A stretch of DNA of 39,401 nt, from contig CBDBIJ010000041.1 in the NCBI GenBank assembly GCA_965205655.1, forward strand, positions 1 to 39,401, read 5' to 3'. Under the pieces are notes generated by a model. That model ran no database searches. It was not told the origin of the DNA and saw nothing but the letters and a program-made list of their open reading frames with translations. The stretch comes from Candidatus Latescibacterota bacterium. Its GTDB lineage: Bacteria; Latescibacterota; UBA2968; UBA8231. Shown piece after piece: positions 10,988 to 19,179 of this stretch (positions within the stretch are counted from its first letter, which is position 1; every line of letters starts with the position of its first letter). The position numbers and the translations under genes are program-made.

Positions 10988-13631
10988 CAGAGCACTAGAG
11001 ATCTCAAATGGTGGCAACGCCGATCTAAATATTCGAGGCCTCGAGCTCGAAGGGGATCAGTTCCGGGTGGACGCTGGTCCAACGCCTGAAGATCCCCTCG
11101 TCGTAGCACCGGGGCCGGGCGAGGAGAAGATCATCGAAGTGATCTACCTGCCGCTGCTGAGCGGGACCCATACCGGTAGATTGACCATTCTCAGCGACGC
11201 CCCTGGCCCCCTCGCACGGATCGAGGTTGGTCTTGAGGGGAGTGGTGGGGCCCTCGATCTGAATCCCGGACCAGCGATTGATGCGGGTTTTCGGCCTGCC
11301 GATCTCGTCGTTGCAGATCTCGACTTCGACGGCGACATTGACGTCGCCGTGGCGGGTAGCGGTGGAGTGCTGGTGCTGTTGAACGATGGCGTCGGTTCGT
11401 TTACCGATGAATTCCGCGTGGCGTATCCGCGTCTCTCCTCGAGCTTCGCGGGGTGGGACCGGCTGGTCGCCATCGAGGCGGCTTCCGTTTTTGGCGGTGC
11501 GCCCGATCTCGTTGTCGCCGACAGCCTCGGACAAACCGTGTCCATTCTCACCAACGACGGAACAGGTCATTTCGACGGTCCCCGCCGGGACATCTTCATC
11601 GGACATGAGGTGACGGATGTTGTCGCCGTGGATGCCGACGGCGATGGAGACCTCGATATCGCTGTGACCGATGGGAACGTTCCGACAATCACCGTCCTCA
11701 TCAACAACGATGCCGGAAGCTTTAACGCCCGTCTTTCGCACGTCGTCCAATTCGGTCCCAGCGCCCTGGTCGCCGGCAACATGAACACCGACGGTCACAG
11801 CGACCTCGTAGTCGCCAATCGCCTGGAGGGCACCGTTTCGGTACTAGCTCAGCGATCAAAGGGGGGGCTTTCTGCCGCGGCAGGATGTCGTCTCCGGTTT
11901 TGCCCCGGTGGAACTGGCCATCGTCGACTACGACGCCGATGGCGACAACGACATCCTCAGCGCCAACATGGATTCACGCGACATCGCCGTGCTGGACAAT
12001 CGCGGCGACGGCGTCCTCCTGTTCGGTACATCGATTCCAACCGGTATGAGGCCATTCGACCTCGCTCTCTCGGATCTGACAGCCGATGTCTTCAGCGACC
12101 TGACGGTGGCCGGAGACAGCAGCCCCTATCTGGCATTCCTCGAGAACGATGGGGGCGGCGGGTTCTCCGCCAAGGGGGACATCCTGATGGCGGAGGCGCC
12201 GATGAATGCGGTCGCGGTGGCCGATTTGAACCAGGACGGCAACAACGACATCGTCGCGCTCAGCGGCCGTGCTCGCAGCGCCCAAGTCTTCATCAATTCC
12301 GACACTCGCCGGCTCGATCCGCCGAGACCGCCCTCTCCCGTTCGAGCCGAAGACGTAGCCCGGGACCTGGGCAGGCAGATTCTCGTCAGTTGGGAGGCCC
12401 CCGAGCTGGACGAGCAGCTCGGGCGCACGACGGAGTACACCATTTTTCGCTCGTCGTCAGCGACGGGTCCATTCGCCGAAATCGGCACCGCATTGACGGG
12501 CCAGCGCCAGTTTACGGATCGTGCGGCCACCCTCGCCGACACCTTCTTCTACTTTACGCGAGCCGGCAGTGCCGTGGGCCAGTCGGTCAACTCTGATACG
12601 ATCTCGGCGGTGTCGCGGCAAGCGCCGTTCTTCGAGCTGGAGCTGGTGAATGAACCGCGAATAAGCGTCGGCGACACGCTCAAAGTGAGGGCGTTTCTGA
12701 CGCCGGCACCGCACACTGTGGCCGGGGCGTCGCTCTACCTGACTTTCGACGATAGCTCGTTGACCCTCATCGACGGAAATGCTTCGACCAAGGCCGTCGA
12801 GCCCTTCCGCGTCGACACGAGTCTGGCGCAAGTATCCGTCATCGAGAATGGACTGCAGCCCAAGATGACCGGCAAGATTAACGTGGCCCTGGCGCAGATG
12901 AGCATTCCTTCCGGCGTCGAGCCAGTGGCTCTCGGAGAGATCTGGTTCCGCACGAGAAAGGACCGCGCCACCTCGCTTACCATTGACGACGAGCCAGGAC
13001 TCAACCGTCAGAGCGCCGTAGTGGAGGCGCTCACCGGCGACTGGATCCTGCCCTTCATTCCAGCGCGTCCGACGCAGGTGGCGATTCGGGATTTTCTGGT
13101 GAGGGGTACGGTCACGCTGGAAGGGCGAGCGGCCCCGAACCTTGGGCTGCCAACGACGTTCGTTTTCGTCGACTCAACCGGCGGGCAAATCGAATCTCCG
13201 GTCAACGACGAAGACCGGCAGAGCCTGGGGATTCAGCACACTCTGAATGCCGCAGGGACGTTCGCACTGGCGCAGATTCCGGCGGGAGAGTACCGGATCT
13301 TCGCCAGACCGCGCGGCTATCTCGCCGGCCAGGTGACGACCGACTCCGTTACCATTGGCGATTCGCTCAGTACGAGCATTGCCCTTCGCTGGGTCAAAGG
13401 TGATTCGACAATCTCCACCTCCCTCGGCGCCGGCGACGCCACCGACGACAACCGCATCGATCTGGCCGACTACGGCGTTCTGGTCAGGTTCTTCGGGGTT
13501 ACATCATCGGACCAGGCCAGATGGCCGACAGCTTTGACCGCCGACTTCAACGGCGACAACGTGGTGAACATGGCCGATTTCTTCATGTTCGCACAGAATT
13601 TCGGAGAGGTGGGAATGGGCTTCGGGACAAC

Positions 13632-13653
13632 GATAGTGCCGAGATAGTGCCGA
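13632..13653 (+). repeat. Perfect 11-bp tandem duplication GATAGTGCCGA x2 causing a frameshift and premature TAG
   Basis: 13632-13642 and 13643-13653 are identical. Deleting one copy fuses ...GTTIVP to KKAPTAGRIF... of the 13521-14402 ORF. Confidence 0.9.
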
Positions 13654-14456
13654 AAAAGGCGCCCACGGCAGGTCGTATTTTCGCCACAACTGAGAGCTCG
13701 GAGATGACGGGTGCCTTGCGGGGGATGGATCTGGGCTCGATCGTCGGCTACTCCGTCGTCATGACGGCGGGGAATGGTCGCTCGTCGAGCGAGCTGGCCG
13801 CGGGATTGCCGAGAAATCCGGACTCCGGAACGGTCTTCCACGGACGCGACCTGCGCCTCAACAGCTGGCCGGAGGGCTCCGGTCTGCGGATCGTGGCGGC
13901 ACTTCGAGATCCGACGCGACCGGTTGACGGCGACGGCGATCTCCTCCGCCTGTCACTCAATGACGTAATCTCGCTCAACGCGTTTCGTCGGGGAGCAACC
14001 CCGTTCGTGAGCAGCGCGGCGATCCTGCGTCCGGATGGAACAGTGGAGCATCCGCGCCTGGTGACCGATTCGCCCCTGCCTGCATCGACGGCATTGCAGC
14101 CGAATTTCCCGAACCCGTTCAATCCCGCCACGACCATCTCCTTTAGCGTCGGCGCAGGCCAGTTTCCAGGTGGGGCCCGGGTCCGGCTGGAGATCTTTGA
14201 TATTCTGGGGCAGCGCATCGGGACGCTGGTCAACGAACTGCTGCCGCCTGGCCGGCACGCCGTGGAATGGAATGGCCGCGACGGCGCCGGTAGGCCGGCG
14301 GCATCCGGTCTGTATATCTACCGTTTGAAAGCAGCCTCGGCTTCTGGAGACGCCGGCGACGGTTCCTTCGAACTCAGCCGCAGATTGCTCCTGATTCGCT
14401 GAGCGTCGGCGCTGTATAGCGTGCCCGCGGTCGTCCTCACGAGCACGCCGCTCCGA

Positions 14457-15185
14457 TCACTTCTCAACCTCTCCTTCCCGCTCGCCAAACCGCACGACCC
14501 GTTTCTGTGGTGAGATGTCGATTTCGTCCACCACCGCACCTCGACGGGTGTCCAGGACCGCACATACGAGAAGGGCGACATCCTCCGGCAAGATGTAGTT
14601 GTCTGCCTCTTCGCCAGGAGCAAAGTCCAGTTCGTCGAAGAAGGGCGTGCGAACCATTCCCGGATTGATGGTCGTGACCCGGATGCCGGCGGGGGAGCAT
14701 TCCTCCCGCAGCGCCTGGGCGAACCCCCGCATAGCAAACTTGCTGGCGCAGTAGACGGCACCCTGCCGTGATCCTTTCAGGGCCGCCTCCGATCCCATGA
14801 AGACGACGTCACCACGGCCGGCCCGCTTCATGAGGGGAAGATAGGCGCGAACGAGGTATGCGTGAGCGGTGAAGTTGAGCTCGATGAGTTCCCTGATCTG
14901 TTTATAGGAGAATTGTTCAAGATGCCCGAAGCGCCCGCGTCCGGCGTTACAGATCAAGGCGTCGACGGTGGGATGGGCCGCGATCAGATCCGGTAGCCGA
15001 TCCGGCAGCTCGTCGATCTCGGCGAGGTCGAGAGGAAACGCCGCGAATCTGTCGTGGTCAACGGAGGGGAATTTGCCGAAATCTCGAGCAACGCCGATGA
15101 CTTCATCCCCGCGCGCCAGCAGCGATTCGCAGATGGCGGCGCCGATCCCGGAGCTGGCCCCTGTAACCAAAGCCGTGCGACTCAT
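14457..15185 (-). CDS. Short-chain dehydrogenase/reductase (SDR)
   Basis: MSRTALVTGASSGIG, NAG and YCASK catalytic motifs. ATG overlaps the upstream stop (ATGA at 15182-15185). Confidence 0.92.
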   Translation of the reverse strand: MSRTALVTGASSGIGAAICESLLARGDEVIGVARDFGKFPSVDHDRFAAFPLDLAEIDELPDRLPDLIAAHPTVDALICNAGRGRFGHLEQFSYKQIRELIELNFTAHAYLVRAYLPLMKRAGRGDVVFMGSEAALKGSRQGAVYCASKFAMRGFAQALREECSPAGIRVTTINPGMVRTPFFDELDFAPGEEADNYILPEDVALLVCAVLDTRRGAVVDEIDISPQKRVVRFGEREGEVEK

Positions 15186-16234
15186 ACACCTGCACCCGGC
15201 GCCAATGCGGGGAAGAATATCTCTTCGGGAACGTATCGCATGAGCTCGTCGCGGCAAAACACGGACAACTCTCGAGATAATTCACCTCTATAGGAGTAGA
15301 TGCCGTTCGAGTCCTCCACGCCGAACGCGAGCAGGGGCTCCTCCGGGTAGAGCTTGTGCATCCGCTTATAGTAGCTGCGCGGCAGCCGGAATGGCCCCAT
15401 AGCAACAGAATGCAGGAGATCCGGGCGCAGCCGATCGAATACCTGTTGGAAGAGCTCGCGGTAGCCGGATACGAAGTCGTCGTAGTAAATGAGGGGGTCA
15501 AAGCGCAGCCCGACAGGCCATCCCCGCTTCTGCAGGCTCACCACCGAGTCGAGCCGACGATCGAGAGGTGGGACGCCGATTTCGAAGCGCTTCCCAACGG
15601 CGGAAGGCGTCAGTGAGTAGGCGACAACGCAGTTGTCGAGCGGCGGAGAGTCGAGCAGGGGCTCGATGAGAGCGCTCTTCGTGCGCAGCTCGAACAGCGC
15701 GCGAGACTGGTGACCGGCGAAGAACTCCAGGAACTCGCCGACGAAACCGGTGACTCTTTCCAGGGCGAGACTGTCGCAATCGTATCCCGTGAAGAAGTGC
15801 GGTCTCGGATCGACTGACTTTGCCTTCGGTGAATCGACAGGGGCACTCGTCACCGTGCCCTCGTCGACGAGCGCGTCGATCTCAGACTGAAACTCTTCGT
15901 AGTTGACGAAAACGACCATGTGTGCGGACTGATACATCCCCTGGAGAAAACAGTAGCGGCAATCATAGAGGCAATTGAGCATGTGCGAGAAGTAGTAGTT
16001 GCGCGAGCTCCCGATACCGTAGCCATCGGGCGCTTCCAACACTCGTCTCCCACGCTTGCTGGCCAGGACGAGGGCGGGACGTCGCTTCTGCAGGCGAAAA
16101 TCCTGGGATCTTCGGTTGAAGATTTCTCCATAGCGCCGGATCGGGATCTGCACGGCAGCTGGAAACCTGCGACAGAGGCGTTCCGCCCTCGGATGCCGGA
16201 GAACCTCCTCCTCGACGTAGATGAAGTCGAACAT
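15182..16234 (-). CDS. Spore photoproduct lyase (SplB)-like radical SAM protein
   Basis: CxxxCxxC motif NCLYDCRYCFLQ, followed by FELRTKS, YSLTP...FEIGVPPLDRRL and GWPVGLRFDPLI, all typical of the SPL family. Confidence 0.85.
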   Translation of the reverse strand: MFDFIYVEEEVLRHPRAERLCRRFPAAVQIPIRRYGEIFNRRSQDFRLQKRRPALVLASKRGRRVLEAPDGYGIGSSRNYYFSHMLNCLYDCRYCFLQGMYQSAHMVVFVNYEEFQSEIDALVDEGTVTSAPVDSPKAKSVDPRPHFFTGYDCDSLALERVTGFVGEFLEFFAGHQSRALFELRTKSALIEPLLDSPPLDNCVVAYSLTPSAVGKRFEIGVPPLDRRLDSVVSLQKRGWPVGLRFDPLIYYDDFVSGYRELFQQVFDRLRPDLLHSVAMGPFRLPRSYYKRMHKLYPEEPLLAFGVEDSNGIYSYRGELSRELSVFCRDELMRYVPEEIFFPALAPGAGV

Positions 16235-16236
16235 CG

Positions 16237-17083
16237 TCAGAGCCGTAGAGCGGCGTCTTCGACCCGCTCCCTCAGAACACGAAGCGCTTCTGCGGCGTCG
16301 CGAGCACTCCCGGTCACCATCTCCACCTCATCCGCCTGCAACACACCGACAGGCCGTCGAATCGCGGGATTCCGTTCGGGATCCAGCGCACGCAATCGCT
16401 GAATGAGGATTTGCAGTTGACGTGATTCTGTGGCCGTGAAGTGCCACCTGTCGGTCAATTCGGTGACGACGGGATCCTTTTCGTTTACCGGCCTGGGTCT
16501 CTCGACAAGTGATCGGATCCGCTCGAGCACGGTGCATACCAGGTCAGCCCGACAGGCGATGAGTTCCTCGACACGCTGAGGTGTAATGCTCTCCCGCTCG
16601 GCGGTGGAGGTGTCTGAGACGATTTTCAGGGTGTGCACGAGCTCGCAGGTCGCCAGTTTGCACGCAGATTCGAAAAATCCGCTCGCCTCCATATCGTAGC
16701 CACTTTTCCGCTCGTATGCGTCGACGGGACGGGCCACAGTGACGAGCGGCATCGTCGCACAGGGTGGCTTGAACGGGAAGGCGGGGGTAGTGACACAAAC
16801 CGGTAGACGCGTCCTCGATCCGGTACGCCATGAATGCCGTGCCCACTTCGAGGTGGCCGCAGCCGGCAATCCCGACATTCAACCAGGCCGCGCTCTTGTC
16901 CTCATCTCCGGCGAGTTGCGCAACAGCCGCACGGGCGCTCGATCTGCCGATTCCGGCGACGGTCAGGGACAGCCACTCGTTCCTGTGAGACTCGAGCCCG
17001 CGCCGGGGCGCAGCGGGCTCGAGGTCAAGGGGCTCGAGGAGCGGTCTGGCTTCTGCCTTGAGGGCGACGAGAATGTTGATCAA
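16237..17083 (-). CDS. Nucleoside phosphorylase/MTA-SAH nucleosidase-fold protein (PNP_UDP_1-like), with one +1 frameshift at ~16785 (probably a sequencing error)
   Basis: MINILVALKAEA, GIG and WLNVGIAG in the first frame; YDMEASGF and LKIVSD in the second. The switch falls at a G5 run (16783-16787). Confidence 0.75.
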
Positions 17084-17148
17084 GGTGAACGAATCCGATG
17101 GTTGTCTTGATGTTGGCAGAAGATCGCCAAGTGGGAACGAGTCCCTGT

Positions 17149-17184
17149 TTGACCCCTGTCCGGGGCATATCTAATTAATAGTAT
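17149..17184. promoter_or_regulatory. AT-rich divergent promoter region between the nucleosidase operon and dapF
   Basis: TTGACC at 17149-17154 followed by TATCTAATTAATAGTAT directly before ATG 17185. TATACT on the minus strand at 17185-17180. Confidence 0.45.
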
Positions 17185-18066
17185 ATGAGAAATGGCTTCT
17201 TCAAAGGACATGGGCTCGGAAACGACTACATCGCCGTGGACCCGAAGCTGCTGGACTTTCGGCTCACCCCGAAAGCGATCAGGGCGGTGTGCGATCGCAA
17301 CTGGGGCGTGGGAAGCGACGGCATCCTGGCCATTGCCCCTTCGAAGAGGGCGGACTTCGGACTCCGCATCTACAATCCAGACGGGAGCGAGGCCGAGAAA
17401 TCGGGAAACGGGCTGCGGATTTTCGGTCGTTACCTGTATGCCACCAGGCGGACCCGCAAGAAACGGTTCAGCGTCGAAACCGCAGGAGGACTCGTCGAAA
17501 TCGCGCTTCACATCGACGGCGCCGGCGACCCAAGCGAAGCGACCGTCGAGATGGGCCGCGCGACCTTCCGGCCCGCCGCCCTCCCGTGCCGCCTGAAAAT
17601 GGACGAGCTCGTCGAAGCGCCCATCGACGTGGGCGGGAAAACCCTGCGCTTCAACGGCGTCAGTGTCGGCAACCCCCACTGCATCCTCTTCCGCGACAAA
17701 GGCCAGGAGTGGACGCGGGAGGAGCTTCTCTCTCTGGGGCCGGCGCTGGAAAACCATCCCCTGTTTCCAAAACGCACCAACGTCCAGCTCGCCGTCCCGG
17801 TTGGCCCGAGATCCATCTTCATCCTGATTTGGGAGCGGGGCGCGGGCGAGACCCAGGCCTCTGGATCGTCCTCGTGCGCCGCCGCCAGCGCCGCCGTCAA
17901 GCTGGGCCTGGTGGAAGCCCCGGTTAAAGTGAGGGCGCCGGGCGGCTCCCTCGATATCGACGTGAGCGACGACTACGAGTTGACGATGACGGGGGCGGTC
18001 GCCGAGGTGGCGCGGGGCAGTTTCAGTTCCTCGTTCGTGAAATCCCTCGCGAAGAGCAGCCGATGA
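17185..18066 (+). CDS. dapF: Diaminopimelate epimerase-family protein with serine at both catalytic positions
   Basis: KGHGLGNDY, CDRNWGVGSDG, NPDGSEAEKSGNGLR, VGNPHC, WERGAGETQASGSSSCAA. Confidence 0.85.
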   Translation: MRNGFFKGHGLGNDYIAVDPKLLDFRLTPKAIRAVCDRNWGVGSDGILAIAPSKRADFGLRIYNPDGSEAEKSGNGLRIFGRYLYATRRTRKKRFSVETAGGLVEIALHIDGAGDPSEATVEMGRATFRPAALPCRLKMDELVEAPIDVGGKTLRFNGVSVGNPHCILFRDKGQEWTREELLSLGPALENHPLFPKRTNVQLAVPVGPRSIFILIWERGAGETQASGSSSCAAASAAVKLGLVEAPVKVRAPGGSLDIDVSDDYELTMTGAVAEVARGSFSSSFVKSLAKSSR

Positions 18067-19148
18067 AAGCCGCCAACCGCGAGATCTCGGCGGCTCTGCG
18101 CACCAGCTGGATCCGCAAGCTGTACCGGTGGTGGAACATTTACAATGAGGAGTATCTGGCCTGCAGCCTGCGCCAACCGCTGATCGAGCTCAGTAGTGCC
18201 ACTCAGAAGCTGGGCCAGTGGGATTATGGGCAGCGCCGCATTTCCATCTCCTGCGCCCACATCGAGGGCGACCCCTGGGCTCTCGTACTCGACACGCTGC
18301 GCCACGAGATGGCCCACCAGTACGTCAGCGACGATCTCGATCCCGGCGGTGTGCAGCCGCCACACGGAGAAGCCTTTCGCGAGGCGTGCGCCAAGCTCCG
18401 GTGCTCACCCTCGGCACAGGCGGAGTCGAGAACGCCGCACGCCGCCAACGAGGAGGACCGTCTTCTCCGGCTTCTCAAAAAGATCCTCTCGCTCGCCGCC
18501 AGCCCCAACGAACACGAGGCGCAGGCGGCCGTCAACAAGGCGAGACGGCTCATGCTGGAGTACAACGTCGACGTCGTCGAACTGGATCGCGAGCGCAGCT
18601 TCAGCAGTCGAAGTATGGGGGCCGTCAAAGGCCGCCATGCTGCCTGGGAGCTGTGGCTGGCGATGGTTCTCAACGGCTTCTTCTTCGTTGAGGTCCTGTG
18701 GGTGCCCAGCTACGACGCACTTAAGGACCGCGAAGGGACGACCTTGAATGTCTACGGTACGGAGACGAACCTGGAGATGGCGGAGTACGTCTACGGCTAC
18801 GTGACCGCCCTGCTCGAAAAACTGTGGCGGGACTACAAAGCTGGGTCAGAGCTAACCGGCAACCGGGAGCGTATGCGCTACTATGCCGGTGTCGTCCAGG
18901 GTTTTCACGCCAAACTCGAGCGAGAGCTGGAGGGCGCGGCCGCGCAGACAGCTCTGGTGTGGAAGGGCGACAGCCGACTGAGGGACTACTACACCCATTT
19001 GAACCCTCACATAGTAACACGCCGCACGGGAGGCGTATCCGCGAGTGCGGCCTATATCGATGGAATCAGCGAGGGAAAGAGGCTCATCATTCATAGACCG
19101 GTCACATCCTCCGGAAACGGTTTTGGGGGCTACCTCCCGAGCGGGTGA
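18063..19148 (+). CDS. SprT-like zinc metalloprotease domain plus DUF2786 domain protein
   Basis: TLRHEMAHQ (HEXXH) and PHGEAF. The segment KKILSLAASPNEHEAQAAVNKARRLMLEYN resembles DUF2786. ATGA overlap with dapF. Confidence 0.75.
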   Translation: MKAANREISAALRTSWIRKLYRWWNIYNEEYLACSLRQPLIELSSATQKLGQWDYGQRRISISCAHIEGDPWALVLDTLRHEMAHQYVSDDLDPGGVQPPHGEAFREACAKLRCSPSAQAESRTPHAANEEDRLLRLLKKILSLAASPNEHEAQAAVNKARRLMLEYNVDVVELDRERSFSSRSMGAVKGRHAAWELWLAMVLNGFFFVEVLWVPSYDALKDREGTTLNVYGTETNLEMAEYVYGYVTALLEKLWRDYKAGSELTGNRERMRYYAGVVQGFHAKLERELEGAAAQTALVWKGDSRLRDYYTHLNPHIVTRRTGGVSASAAYIDGISEGKRLIIHRPVTSSGNGFGGYLPSG

Positions 19149-19179
19149 GGATCCGTTGCGGACGTCATTGCGACCATCG

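Larger units (their letters stand above)
9840..10995 (+). mobile_element. IS630-family insertion sequence, 1156 bp, apparently complete
   Basis: Terminal inverted repeats GTGCTCCGTTAA (9840-9851) and TTAACAGAGCAC (10984-10995), 11/12 match. TA is duplicated at 9838-9839 and 10996-10997 within a CTAG target. Excision restores the host reading frame (RLTL|EISNGGNADL). Confidence 0.95.
8139..14402 (+). pseudogene. Disrupted ~1,690-aa secreted protein: BNR/VPS10-type propeller, three ASH/choice-of-anchor-D Ig domains, FG-GAP/VCBS repeats, FN3-like, cohesin-like, dockerin-like, FlgD-Ig C-terminus
   Basis: Fragments 8139-9839, 10998-~11845, ~11848-13642 and 13654-14402 join into one frame after removing the IS630 plus one TA, one extra base near 11845-11867, and one copy of GATAGTGCCGA. 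Motifs: SxDGGxSW repeats, L.F G.V.VG ASH starts, DxDGDGDxD FG-GAP repeats, ADFNGDNVVNMADF, LQPNFPNPFNP. Confidence 0.85.

Noticed and set aside
11841..11867. CTAG (11844-11847) at the +1 frameshift as an IS630 excision footprint
   Set aside because: The net change is +1 rather than a TA duplication, and an adjacent G7 run or the general +1 error pattern explains it equally well.
14401..14453. Hairpins between the convergent surface-protein and SDR genes as a terminator
   Set aside because: The stems are imperfect and there is no U-tract on either strand.
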